Shown here: positions 44,801 to 58,384 of the stretch, one piece after another
How positions within the stretch are numbered: position 1 is the stretch's first letter
Layout: each line of letters opens with the position of its first letter
DNA from: Dimorphilus gyrociliatus
Taxonomy: Eukaryota > Animalia > Annelida
Reading direction: 5' to 3'
Assembly: GCA_904063045.1 (NCBI GenBank)
Contig: CAJFCJ010000001.1
Location: forward strand, 1,240,001-1,304,000
DNA length: 64,000 nucleotides
Notes under the pieces: model-generated
The model's database searches: none
Told to the model about the DNA's origin: nothing
The model's input: the letters and a program-made list of their open reading frames with translations, nothing else
Position numbers and translations under genes: made by a program

Positions 44801-45734
44801 GATATTTAGATGTATGTAGTGAATTTAATTTGAAAACGCTTGTTAATGATTAACAATTATCAATCAAACTACAGAGTATTGTTGAAAAAATTGCGCAATA
44901 TGAGGAAACGATGAAGAACTTCCCGAATAGAGTAGGTAAAAGAACATACGAAATTGTTATGAGCATCCTGAAATTGGACAAAAGAGCTATAGAAGTATGA
45001 CAATAATTAGTTTATTAGTTTATTTTAAAGACATGCTTATTTCTTATATTTTTGCCTATAGCTTCAGATTTTCAATTATGAAAATTGCGTTAAAAGCGAA
45101 GTTGATTTCTATTGTAGGCTATCTGAGAAAGTATTATTAGCTGGAGAAAGGTTAAGGTGTTATACGTTCGATAAAAAGTATCTACTATTTGGACATTCTC
45201 CTATTCCAAAAGATATGAGGTTATACTTAGAAAATATCTGCAGTTTAATGGAAATGGCTCATTCAAATTCCGATGTGGCTAAGTTCAAAGAACTCACTCA
45301 TAAAAGGAATTCAATTCTTAGTAGATATTGCGATGAAACTTTAGAAATTGATAAAATTATTCAGAAGGTCGACGAAGAACTGGACTATTTCAAGTAAATA
45401 CAATTTTCTTAAGTTTTTATCTGTTAGTTTGTTTTAATTATTATTTTTACCTTCGACTAGAGAACTGCAAGAAAAATTATCGATTGTGAAAAGGAATTCA
45501 AGTCTGAATAGGTTACTTTCAATAAATAGAACTATTTCAATGAATAGAGAGAAGTTAATTATAAGAAATTTAAAATGGATTGAACATTTGAAGAAAACAT
45601 TTACGGAAGTTCAACCAGTAATATATTATAAATTTAAATTAATACTATCCTCTTTTCGTCTATATTTCTTAATTATGCTAATCTTATTTAATAATTTATT
45701 GTTTATCCAACAGAGAATAAAAAGCTTTCGATAA
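41813..45734 (+). CDS. DUF3715 (TASOR/TEX15-type pseudo-PARP) domain protein with long low-complexity linker and helical C-terminus
   Basis: Exons 41813-41825, 41896-42076, 42130-42290, 42357-42448 and 42507 onward join in phase. They give KVVQNSIIVDHFNSIVDEFKKD..LAESLCQWGISTRDK..LGDEEQGIQLF..YIIISKV..KPLSTDYDHRV..SLVFVYDFE..WPRQILPTHLVKV. Later exons at about 43995, 44410, 44764, 45062, 45461 and 45714 are modelled with lower certainty. Confidence 0.72.
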
Positions 45735-45887
45735 CAAGATAACTTTTCATTCAATAGAAAATTTTGGATGGAATATGAGATGTCTCAGGTCATTTACATT
45801 TTTATCAACAAATATTATTGCACAACAATATATTTGAATTTATATTTATAACAGTAACAGTGAGTATTTCCCATTAGAAGTTAATTT

Positions 45888-48420
45888 TTAACGAAACTTG
45901 TGTTGGCGGCTAGTAGATCGAAATTCAACTTCATCTTCATTTTCATCTTCCTCTTCCTCATAATTATACTTGTTACTACCGCCTCTACCTTGTCTAGAAC
46001 TTTGTATTTTTGTGCTATTTTTTTTATAACTATTTGTAGTATTCAAAGAATGTGATTCCAATTCTTCTCCTGGCTTTGGTAAAGAGAAAAGAAGTTTCTT
46101 CATTTTATTTGTAGTTTTAATATGGTTCCTATCATCCTCTGATAGGGCGCCCAAAAGATTCTTAAAGAATTTCAAAAGACGCTCGGAAATGCCATCCTTA
46201 ATTGAAATGGAAAAATTGGTTGCTCTTGGCCGAAAATCGGTTGAAGTTGACGACATAGTTGAGTCACAATTTACAATATTTCTTTGAGTGAGGCATGAGA
46301 GAAACTTTTCAATTAAATTTAAAGTATCGCTTTCGTTTAAAGGGCCTAAGGCGCTTAAGAAACGAAATAGATAAACTACTGTTGCGGTACTACACTGAAA
46401 ATAAAAGACAGTTTTTAAAAATTATACTACAAAAAGCTTATACATACCGAATCGAGCGAAGCCAAACCTTCGTATGGATGGTCGTATAATAACAACATCT
46501 TTTGAAAGTCTTGTGCCCTAAGAACAGGATCCTAAAACGGAAAGCAAATATGTTTCAACTACATTTTGAACTTTGTAAAATTAAACTACTAACGTGTAAT
46601 TCTTCTATCCAATCCCATAATAATTTTGCTAATACAACTGCATTTTCCTCTTTTCCAAGTGTTTTCCAGATATTTATTTCAGCATTTAATTTTTGCTTAA
46701 GCTCTTCTACTCTCTTATGCACGTAGCCGTCATAGTCGTCTAACTCCAATGCTTCAATAACTTGTAAGGATATGCTCTCTTGCGCAGCTTCATCATCGTT
46801 ATCATTATTTTCAGATCCTATGCTCGACGAGTCCTGATGTTTTGAGTAGTACTTGTCGAGTTCTGTGATTAAATGCCAATAAACCCCAATTAGTATGTTA
46901 ATAAAACAAACTTGTCTCGTAAAATTCTGTTTTACTTTCAGTTTTTTTCCCTTTCCACCTTTTACCGTCTTTCACAAATCGATCTCTTTTATCGGCTTGT
47001 CTCTGATAATTTATAAGAAAAAAAAATCTTGATAAATCAATAATGTCAACACAATAATATCAAAAAATATCAATTAAACAGGTCAAACCATTGCTGGGTT
47101 GTAGTCTCTATCCATTTCTTTATTTAATGTCAATAATCTTTCGCATATTATGTAAACAATTTTTGGTAGATACTTAAATGTTCTAAATTGCTGACCATGC
47201 AACAAGTATCTTTGTCGAACAATATACTGAGAAAGATTGAACGGCGGTGCCTCGTTACCGTCACAATCATTTCTAAACAATAGAAAGATTAATTATTAGT
47301 CAATTAATTTTGTTACTGCGTTTTATTAACTTACTGAAGTGAATAAACTATTTTAAAAGGTCGAATATATTGTTGAAATTCTTGAATAAACTTAACTTGG
47401 TATACAGTCTGAATGGAGCCAGGTCGCTTAGATCTTACAAGATGAATAGCTTCTTCAGCTGTCATTCTATTAGCATAGATAAAATAACAGGCTATCAAAA
47501 CGCCTGTTCTACCACTTCCAGCATGACAATGTACTGCAACAGCTCCCTCCGATATGGAATATTGCATAACTTTAACAGTATCTAACACTCCACTTGTTGT
47601 ACCGACACCGTAATCTCTCCAACCAAAATTATAAAAAAAAACTGGAATACAAAAAAGATAACTCAAGATTTGATAAAAAGTTAATTGAAAAAAACAACAC
47701 GTACTTTTCTTTTTCATAAAATCTTCCGGTTTGTATGAAAATCCTTCTACTTCTAATTTATTTAATCCGCAGGCGGGATGTTCCCCAGGTAATTGTAAAT
47801 TTATTATAGATTTAATATTCTTTCTATAAAGAGGCATACGAAAATAAATCTGTGTGTGAATAATAAATTTTTTTATAAATACTGTTCAAATTGTCCGATA
47901 ATATCATATCGTTCAACTAGAGTTGTGCTTGGTCTTGAAATTGCTATTATCTTGTCAGTAATCCTAATTTCGCAAAAGATTTGTTATAGTTTATTCATAT
48001 TTGGAAAAAATATAGAAAAATTAAAACAATTGACACGTACCAACTAGAAAATAAACCTTTTATTTGCATATGTTCTTCGGAAAATTTTCCACTAGCGGGA
48101 GCATTGCAGTATTTGCATTTTTCACCACCACATCCTATCGAGCATGCATACGATTCTGGAATGGCATGTCTCATTTTCTGGAACAGAACCCCGTATTTAG
48201 CCGTTGGAGTTGAACCTATATTAAAATTTTAATGTTACACAAATATTAATTACTGATAATTATTTAATGCTACATTTGTTAATATATTAAGACCTTTTTG
48301 GTATTCTGTATTTTTTGCAGTCTCTTCAATATCAATATCATTGTCCTCATATTCCGTTAGAGATACTCTCCTATCAATAGCTCTTTCTCTTGTATCTTTT
48401 TTATTATTTCTAGACGTCAT
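45888..48420 (-). CDS. PTPDC1: Protein tyrosine phosphatase domain-containing 1
   Basis: [47 protein letters not shown], intact CX5[22 protein letters not shown]. Confidence 0.93.
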
Positions 48421-48680
48421 GTCTGTTGGTATGCTTACTATTAATCGTCATACATACATTGTGGAAAGGTTACTCATGAATGATGGAAAAACATGTACTA
48501 AACCGCTGCTTCAATTATCAACAATGTTGAGTGACATTTGTAAAAAGTATCATAAAGTCAAACCTGAGATATCCTTATTATGCTCCTAAATGCTTTAGTA
48601 TTGTAGTAACAGTCATTGAGTATTCAAAAATAAGAGTATCATGTTGTTAAGATTTGTTTATGGTTTCCACAATATTTCGT

Positions 48681-48748
48681 CCAATCAGCGTCAACAGGTG
48701 TATAAAATGGGAAAGGATTGCAAGGTCCTTCCAATCGTCTTTCATTGG
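48681..48748. promoter_or_regulatory. Cluster of three CCAAT boxes in the PTPDC1/NFRKB bidirectional promoter
   Basis: CCAATCAG at 48681, CCAATC at 48731, ATTGG at 48744. Confidence 0.5.
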
Positions 48749-49159
48749 TGCGGAATACTCAACCATACTCCATATAAAAATTATTTTTCAAGTGTTCTCT
48801 GTGAAAAACCTCTTTGATTTTCTTTAATGAAAAATTGATTTATTTTAGTAAATTAATTTTTGATGTATTATATGTATCAAGCACCATGAAGACTATCTGA
48901 ATAAACTCTGGAAATCAGTATTTGCCGTGGGACTGCATTTCAATATTGACGAGTACCTTATTTTCGCAAAGAGGATATTCACTCACTTAACGACTTAAAC
49001 TTAGTATAATTTGAGGAGATAACTGAAAAACTTTTAAGATTTACGTTAACTTTAATTTTGAGTGTCTCTTTCTTCAAATTCGGAGAATCTTACAAGTGCT
49101 TTACCCTACAAAGCTTATAATTGGTAAAGCCTGAAAGACCATATACATATATATCAAGA

Positions 49160-52100
49160 ATGGAAGATGACGCCTTTGAGGTGCCGGCTTCTGCTTTGGA
49201 AGCTCCTTCATCAGAACTTTGTGTGGCAGCAAAAACAAGTGTTCGATTACCCGTGGAAATGATGGAAAATGTTTGTTTATTTATATTATTTATAAATTAT
49301 AGTTGTATTCTAATTTAACTTAATCCTTCCGTAGCATGATATATTTTCGCAAGTTATTAATTTAAAAACATGGAATCATTTATCAGATGATAATAAATTA
49401 CATTTAATGGTGAGCATAATATTTTTTATCAACCATTTATATTAAACTAAAACCACCAATTTTCAGAAATTTCTCCCAAAATTTCCCAAGGATAATGTCG
49501 CAGAACTGCAGAATACGTTAAGAATGCTATTTCAGAGATCAAATTTTAAGTTTAGTAACCCACTAGAGGACTTCTATCAAAAGTTACACAGTAAGAAAAT
49601 CTTTAGTTTTTATTTTAGAATAAAAAAAAATATTGATTCCAAGATTGTATTTTTACTATTTAAACATTTTATTCTTTTAGATGGTCACTATCATCCTGAG
49701 GTTCAAAAATATTTGAAACTGGCAAAATTAGGACAAGAAAGGGAAACTAAACTATGGAAAAGGAAATATTATACCGATTTATTTCAGGATATTCTATTAA
49801 ATCGTCGGGTAACTTTTAAAATTTCATTCAATATTTCCTCTCTGATATTATGGCTATTTCTTATAGTTATTGTTAGAATACGCTTATAACCATCCTTCTG
49901 GTGAACCTATTGATAGAGAAGAACTTTTTTCTATACCCAAATTTACTTATTCTCAAAAATTATACGCATTAAAATGCAAGACTAAATATCAAAAGTAAAT
50001 CTTTCTCTTTTCTTAACGGCATTTATAATCGAAATAAAAATTCTTTATTTTTGAAGAATACTAAAAGAAGTTCGAGAGGAATGCAATGCCTCAGATACAT
50101 CTGAAAGTGAAGGTGATGAAGGTGAAGAGGAAATGACGTTTTATGGAATTCCCTCTAAACTTTGTAAGTTTTAAAACTAAACCATGTTGTCGAACAGAGC
50201 AAAGTTATATTACAATATGTCTTTTTCTTCATTTAAGTGGCTAACAACAAAGATCCTGATTTTCCGAATGAGCAAGTAGAATCTAGTGTTATCTCAACGT
50301 TGGATCCTGCAAGAAGCAATCAAATGCCAGAAGAGAAGATACTACGACCAGAATTTAGTTTGTCAATATCCGAGGATGATATTATGTCAATGCTTAAACG
50401 TCATCGTAAACGAAAAGCCGTTACGGAAGTGAGAATGAAAATTATTAGTATTGTATTGTAATTTTTATTATTGTAATTTCTTTAAGAATTCTCCTGAATT
50501 TACAACAAGCGGAAGAACATTAGAAGGCATAATTGAAAGAACTCAAACATCTATTCAAAATTTCATACAAGAAAACTCTGTTCAACGACCTAAAAGAAGA
50601 AGAAGTACCAATCTAAAAAAGAGATATATTAAAGAGGATGCTCAAAATTATAAAAATAGAAGCTCAGTTGATTCACCATTTAACTTTTTGTGCCTTATTC
50701 GAGACATAGTTAAATCAGAACCAGATAAAAGAATAACAGTCGCTTCTTTAGAGCAAAAGTTAAATGATTACGACTGCCATAAGTCACTACCGGGAGAAGA
50801 AGCAGATGACATTGATTTAAATGATAAAATAAATAAAGCATTAAGATTCCTTGCTGGTGATACACTGAATATCGTCGAACAATTTGTACCATACGTTGAC
50901 TTTAAGGAAAGAGCTGGGCTATACGTTTGGATAGGCGACGGAAGAGACTCTGATGAGGAATTGGAAAGTTTATGCAGAGCTTGGATAGAGAATTATGAAG
51001 AGTGGAATATGGAGGAGAGCACTAAATTAGAGTCTGTTGATCTTATTATTACTTATTACCTAATTACATAAGCTAAATCTTTATATTTATAGGAAAACAT
51101 CATTCAAAGTTCGGCCGTCTAACGAAGAAGAAAAATTAGAATTCAGGCGACAGGAATCCGAAAGATTTAACAATGCTCATCAGCCGTATACTTATAAAAT
51201 GCACGGATATAATTCTGGTATAATTGTATATATTAACATCCTGTTATTTGCACTAAAACCCTGCAATTTCTTTTAATTAGTTGTCGGACCTGTTAAAAGA
51301 GTATTTAAAAAAGAAGAATCTGGCAGTAAGGAAGCTAGGGACCATTCTATTTTAACAAAAGACAGACCTCACTATGTTACTATTTTAACTTTAGGTTTGT
51401 ATAAAACACTATAGAGACTAGAGTATTATTATATATAAATGTTCTATAGTACGAGATGCTGTTGCGAGGTTGCCGAATGGGGAAGGAACTCGAGCTGATA
51501 TTTGTGAACTTTTAAAGGATTCTCAATTTTTATTGCCTAATGTTTCGGATAGTCAATTGAATACTGTTGTTTCGGGAGCCTTAGATAGATTACATTATGA
51601 GAGAGATCCTTGTGTCAAATTTGAGATGTATAGAAAAGTTTGGATCTATTTACACAGAGGCAGAACCATGGAACATTATGGTAATATTCATTTATATATT
51701 GCATAAAAAGGACATATATACTAATATAATTTATTGTATATGTTCCTTTGTAGAAAAGCTACATCGAGCTCAAGAAGCTGCATTGAAAGCTAGAAAAGCT
51801 TTAATCAAGCCAAAGTCTCAAAGGGTAGGAAAATTGTATTTTCATTTTTGTAATTTATCATATGAACTTTTTTCATATTCTTATTTCTATTCCATAGGCT
51901 AAAGAGGCAACTGCTATTACTCCAGTGGTGAAAGTTGAAAAGATACGAGAAGAGTTCTCTCCGGTTGAGGCAAAGAAATCTATACCCATATCCTTGGAGA
52001 GTAACATCGTTAATGAATTTGCAAATGTTACTCCTGTAAAACTAGAAAAGTATCCCGAACCTGTAACAAAATCCGATTCATCGGCCGTTGATAATCTAAA

Positions 52101-53121
52101 ATTAGGTCTTGGAATGACAAGTGTCCCTATAGCCGTTGTATCTAATCCTTCCACATCCTTTCTCAAGCAAGGACAAATAAAAACCGTCCAATTAGCACCC
52201 GTTGGAGCATTGAATTTGATCAATCTACAAGGTAAGCAAATTTATTTTTTTGTTTTTAAAAATTCTAAGAAGGTTCTGCTTTTTCTACAATCAGGGTCGA
52301 AATTACTGCAAGTCCCGACTACTCAGTCTCAGACTCTATTCAGTCAAGTATTAAACAAACAAAGTCCAAAGAAAGAAGGCGGACTGACTTATGTCCAAAG
52401 AATATTACCTACTAATCAAAATGTAACAGCAGTACCTATGTCTGCTGCTACGAATACCATAGTAACAACTCAAAGTTCTGGTGGATCGTCAACCTTTCAT
52501 CTTACTTTGAATGCATCAACGATACAACCTAATAGAACCAAACAACTAACCATACAGCAATTGACGGAAGCTCAACTTGCTAAAGGGAAGAAGTTTAACT
52601 TTCAGAAAATTCAAGGATTACAAAACGCTCGTGTTGTTTCCATGGACGAAGAAAGTATGAAAAAAGCGGGTATGACAAGTAAGAATTCAATTCTTTACAT
52701 CTGTTTTTGCTATTTTGACTTTGTCCCACCTAAAACGTTTCTTTAATTGATTTATACAATGCTTCAGCTGGTCAACCAATTATAATTGGCGGGAAGACAG
52801 TACAACTGGCTAGAAAACCTATTCAAGTTTCAGTTTCTAAACCTGGTGTTGTTCAGTTGGCGGGTAAAACTGTACAATTGGCTGGTAAACCATTAACTAC
52901 TGTACAGCTGGTTAGTAAACAAACCCGAACCCCAATTAATCAAGGAGCAAGAGTTCAATTACAGGTTAGATGATTTTTTCTTCAAAAAAAAAGTAAAATA
53001 TTAAATGTTATTAAATTTATTTCAGACAATCAAAACTGAAGAAGTAGTGTCAAATACTTTACAAACTTCCACACCAAATGTTATAATAACTAAGAACACG
53101 AACTCTAATTTCTGTAGTTGA
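49160..53121 (+). CDS. NFRKB: INO80 subunit NFRKB (INO80G), multi-exon
   Basis: DEUBAD-like FLPKFP...LFQRSNFKFSNPLEDF..DGHYHPEVQKY; winged helix; RDHSIL..DRPHYVTILTLVRDAVARLPNGEGTRADICELLKDSQFL; ALDRLHYERDPCVKF; Q/T-rich tail. Confidence 0.93.
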
Positions 53122-53453
53122 TATCTTTTTCTCTTTTTTTTTTACTTTAAATTTTCTTTGTTGTATTTTGGCATGCTATATTTAAAAATGATTTATTATC
53201 AATCTAATTACCATTGTATAAGCAGATTGTTTTTTTTTTCCCTATTAAAAAAAATTTTACTTTCTATTTTTAGAAACTTTATCCACCTTTAATCCTCATT
53301 CCCTTCCTCATTCCTAAATTCCCTCGTCATTTTGTAAAAGTACTATTTTTTGTGTTATTATGTATCTTCCAAAAAAAATCACTTTAACAAGTATATTTGC
53401 TTTAATAAGCAGTTTAATTATTTTATTCTACCTATGACCTATAAATTTATAAA

Positions 53454-53549
53454 ATATATATATATATATACATTTGTATATATATATATATCTATATACA
53501 TTTATTTATATATATATATTGTACATATGTAAAAGTATATTTATATATA
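53454..53549. repeat. Degenerate (TA)n microsatellite
   Basis: Interrupted TA runs across about 95 bp. Confidence 0.85.
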
Positions 53550-53627
53550 ACATACTATAGCGATAATACAGACAACTCAATATTATATGAGCTTTGGAAA
53601 TGCACTGACATTGAATACATTCAGACA

Positions 53628-53921
53628 ATGTTGAAGGCTCTTTTATTTTTTTACTGTTTTACGTATTTTATTGAACCAATGCCCATATGGAATAATGAAA
53701 AAATTACTAACTCTACTACAGAAAGTTCTGGAAACTCATCAACTAATAGAAAATCTGAATATCTTACTAGAAATTGCGAAAAAGTAACTAATATCGATTC
53801 AGTTTTGAATTATACTGAAATAATCGTTATCTCTTTTTTTATGCTATCTTTATTTTTTTATGGATTTACCTACTTTTTCGCGTATAGAGACTACCGTGGT
53901 ACTGAAAACAGTACCTTTTGA
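53628..53921 (+). CDS. Small orphan type-I membrane glycoprotein candidate (97 aa)
   Basis: Hydrophobic N-terminus, S/T/N-rich ectodomain with NST, NSS and NYT sequons, one TM helix (IIVISFFMLSLFFYGFTYFFA) and a short tail. No homolog recognised. Confidence 0.5.
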   Translation: MLKALLFFYCFTYFIEPMPIWNNEKITNSTTESSGNSSTNRKSEYLTRNCEKVTNIDSVLNYTEIIVISFFMLSLFFYGFTYFFAYRDYRGTENSTF

Positions 53922-54272
53922 CAAACATTAAGTGAAAACAAAACAGCTGTCAATTTTTATAATAGATTTTATGCAAATATACAGTCTATACTGTACTTAT
54001 AAGATATAAATTTTAACTTTATTTTATGTTTTACTCATAAATGATTGTATAAATATTATTTTAAAGATGAAAAATAAAGCTGCAAATTTCAATGTCCTTC
54101 AAATGTAAGTTTAATGTTCTAGTTTTGTAGTACTTTAACCGTAATTGTATTATTGCAACTGATAACGTATCACGTGCTCCTCTAAAAAGAATTTATTCGA
54201 ATTAAACATGGATACAAAACAGAGACAAAATGGATTTTTCTAACAAATTAACTATTCTTCTTGAAAGTACTA

Positions 54273-57200
54273 TTAATCATCAGTTAAGAGTAGATGAACA
54301 TCCTTTTCTGAAGATAACATTGTGTTAGCCTTATTGGAACCAACAATTCCGGAGAGTTTATAAAAGTCATATTTGTCAATGAGAACTGTACAAGTTGGTG
54401 ATAGTTGGGGTTGCCTTTTACAAGTGTCTACCAGGAAATTACATATTTCACTATAGAAATGAGGATATTGAGGCAAGGAATAAAACACCAAGTGCCGTAT
54501 GCCTCTTATTTTATATCTGGAAAAATGAAAATATGTAAAAAAAAAAAGAAATACTTGAATAATCTTGCTTATTTACCTTCTATAAAAATGGAAACGTTCC
54601 GTATATAACAGCATATCTACTCTTGAGTGAAAAAACTTTGTTCTTGCTCGAGCAATTGCTTTGTCATTTGAATACCTTATTAGGGAAGGGAATTAGTAAA
54701 TTATTTGTATTCAGAATTATGTTTGTTTGTATGTACGTTATTGGCAAACTTACTCGCACATACTTCCAAAATTCATCTCCTCTTTATTAAAGAAATTCCT
54801 TAGTCTTACATAATCAAAGTAAGATGGAACAAATAATAGAGTTTGACTATTTATTTCCTGTCTCATTTTTGGTAGTATTTTAGATTTGAAAAATTCGAAT
54901 CGACAATCCGCCGAATTTGCTGCAGTCAATGAATTAATTCTATGGAAAATCTGTTGATGATAATGTATAAAGAATACGAAAAAACACTAGTACAGAACTA
55001 TTTTGATGAGGTAATATATACCTGGGGTAGATGAACGACAACTTGGCAAATAGTACCTCTTCTTTGAACTGAATTAACTTTAACTTTTCCAGCATAATTG
55101 AAGCAATGTTTATTCACTAATGATTGTATTTCAGGTGTAAGTACAGAGGAGAATACAAGTGTTTGTCTCATATATTTGGACAAATTGTTTAAGCACCACA
55201 TCCTTACACGAGAGAAATCAACTCCGTGAGCTTCTTTTGGCTGGCGATGTAAATGTCGCATTATATGCTAAAAAATTTCACATATTATTATATTTTATTT
55301 GTTAATAAACTACAACAAACCAAAATATGATCCCAATTTTGCATTTGAAATACATCCACTTGATCTAAAATTAACAATTCAATCGATGATAGAAAGTCAA
55401 AGTCACGCTCTTTATCGCTATTAAATACGATTTATAAGATATTTAGTTGATTATTAATTTAAATTTTATAAACGTATAACATACCCCTCTGCTCCTATAA
55501 TAGTTCGTAGACCAAGCGGAGAAACGATGAGAATATCGGCAGAATAGAATTCTGTATATATTTTTAAAGTCTTTTTCGCAACACCTATCCCAACTCGGAA
55601 ATGATCGTCAATATTTCCATTAAATGTATGTTCAAAATCCTCTGTAACAATTATTAATAAAACTTTATTATAATAATATATTTTTAATGTTAAAAGAATA
55701 AACCTGGTTTATATCCTTTCCTATGATTTTCTGTATCGTCGCTATACTCTTTTAGGAAACGCCTCTTATTCATTGCAGATTGCTAAGATTTATCGTTTAA
55801 TTAAAATTAATGAACAAAGAACAAAACACTGTCAATCTTTTTTCTTCTTTTACAGTACTTAAATTTGTTTGTAAAAAAAATTAAAAAACGAATTCAACTC
55901 ACACTGCCTGCGCAATTTAATAAGCTCATCATTAATTTTACGCACCTTAGTGCACTATCTCTAAAAGGAACAATAATTAGAACTTTAGGTCTTGTTAGCC
56001 CTTGATCTCTATGGGAACTGTAAAGGATAGAAATGTTATTAAATTATAAAATAACGTAAAAAAAAACAGATATTTTACTCGGTAACTTCTTCTTTCTTTA
56101 CTTTAATTTTGTTATTATTCGATATTACTCGACTTCTAGTTCTAGATTTGGATGGAAAAATATCAAGTAATTAATAATGAAAAAACAATAGGTAAATAGT
56201 ACTTGAGAATATGATTTAACGCATGAACACAATAAGAGAATCTTATATCTTCCGAATTTAAATGATTTCTATCGTGATAATAAAAATCTCTGTAGTCTTT
56301 GATATAATTTAGTATCGTCTTTTGAAATGGTGTTAACGAGGCTAAAAAAACATAAATTTTCTATACATAATTATCATATATAATAAAAATATTGTAAATA
56401 ATAAAAACTAACCATCTTCTGAAAGTTTTGTTTTCAATACTTTTTCGTTTGCAATTCTCAATCGACTCTCTAAACTTGGCTTTAACTGAGATATTATTTA
56501 AAATATAGAACTATATTCTTTACTCTTTATAGCTGATAACTTACATTCAATTTATTAGATTCTTTAGCGAATTCGAAGTGAAAGGAACTTTTTAAATTTT
56601 TCGGTGTGTTTACGACACAACTTCCAATTTGAGGATATTTCTTCTCCGATATATTCCATTCTTTTTTATTATCTAGTTTCTCTAATTCTGATTCGTCCAA
56701 AGCGCATTCAAAGTGTTGTTTAAAAGGATCTAAAGCACGTAAAGAATTTTTAAAATTAAACAAACAAATTTATAGATTTATTCTTACCATCTGACTTTAT
56801 AAAGTGATCTTCCTCTTCCAACACTATATCTTCTGAGTCTTCAAATCTGTAGTCATTCTTATCAATTTCTTCTTTTTCAGATTCATCATTTGAATCATTT
56901 TGCGCATCTTCATTCTCACTTTTTTCGTCGTCACTTCCTTCTTTCTGTTCTATCTCTTCAGATACGCTTTCATTATCATCTTCGGTGTCTTTCTCTTCCT
57001 CTTCTTCTTCTTCTTCTATGTCATCATCTCTATCTTCTTCCAAATCAGTATCAATATTTTCCTCTGTCTCTTCAAATTCGTTTAACTTCTTTACATAGCT
57101 TGGTCGCAAATTAGACAGTAACTCTTTATAAGCGGTTTGCTCATCTTCTTCACTCTCACTACTGGACGAAGATGCTATATTTTGCTATTTAAGAATAATT

Positions 57201-57509
57201 ATTTTAAAATTTCCTTTAAAAGTTATTAAATTATTCAATTGTTTTCTACATACTTGGGTTTGTAAATCCCTAGAGGAAATTCGATTGAATTTCGTCACTT
57301 TACTGGAAGATCTAAATAAAGGATTCACACGAAATTAGGAACATAGCTTGAATTAAACTTATTAAAGTAAAAAGTAAGTACTTTTCATCTGCAGGATGAG
57401 CCTCGCCAAATTGTTTCCAATGTGTTTTCTGCTTTTTCGTTAAATTTGATACGATGCTTTGCTTTTTTTTCCGTTTGCCACCAGCTCCATGCCGTTTAGG
57501 CTTTACCAT
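54273..57509 (-). CDS. UTP25: U3 snoRNA-associated protein 25 (DIEXF), multi-exon
   Basis: [18 protein letters not shown], acidic tract, [51 protein letters not shown]. Confidence 0.93.
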
Positions 57510-58360
57510 AGCTTTGGGTAGGTCTAAATAAGCTATGGTATCAGTATTACCAAAAGATGAGAAAGATTGTCTTAAGAGATGGATTCCCTACCAATTTGAT
57601 TGGTATCAGAAAGACAGAAGGGTAGAGGTCTACAGAACTTCCAGAAAAGTATGGTGAAGAAGGAAATGATTTTCTGTAAAAAAATGTTACAGGAGATGAA
57701 ACATGGGTATTCTATAATAAACCATTGACTAAGCTTCTTTAGAGTATCATACAAAGCTTTCTCCACCACCAGAAAAGATTAAGATGGGTAAGTCTGCAGA
57801 CAAACTGATGGCATGTGTGTTTTGAGATAGGGAAGAACTTATTCACCTAGAATTTTTAAGTTCATAAATCAGAATAAATTCAGAGATTTACATCAGTATT
57901 CTAAAAAAATTAAAGCAAAGAATAAATAGAATCAGGTCTCGTAAAGAGGTGATTTTATTACAAGATGATGCCACATCTCATACTAGCCTACAAACTACTC
58001 AATATTTTACAACAACTGGATGGGTAGTATTGCCTCATCCAGCCTACAGCCCAGATCTGGCGCCATCAGACTATTATCTTTTCTGCAAATTAAAGGACCA
58101 TTTTGTGGTGAAATATACGAGAATGATGATGAATTGAAAAAGGCCATAAGGGCTTTTTTCAGGTCCAAACCGCCTGAATACTTTGCCAAAGGAATTGATA
58201 TGCTTCCCGACAGGTGGCAAACACGCATTAACAATAATGGGGAATTCGAAGCTATATAGACATACCTAAGACATTAATAAATATTTATGAATAAACATGT
58301 TATGTAATTTTTCTTTAGCTGTAAGACACAAGAGGATAAAACTTTCAGTATGATCATAAT
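57510..58360 (+). mobile_element. Degenerate, 5'-truncated mariner (Tc1/mariner D,D34D) transposon relic
   Basis: RWIPYQF (WVPHEL-like) at 57578-57598, VTGDETWV at 57686-57709, LLQDDATSH at 57955-57981, YSPDLAPSDYYLF at 58045-58083; 34 residues separate D2 and D3. Several stops and a frameshift near 58100; ends ..NNNGEFEAI* at 58259. The right boundary near aaaactttcagta (about 58340-58360) is approximate. Confidence 0.92.
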
Positions 58361-58384
58361 ATGAACTAATTAAGCAAAAAAGTT

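Noticed and set aside
53350-53532. 60-aa Tyr/Ile-rich ORF
   Set aside because: An artefact of the (TA)n microsatellite, which lacks stop codons in this frame.
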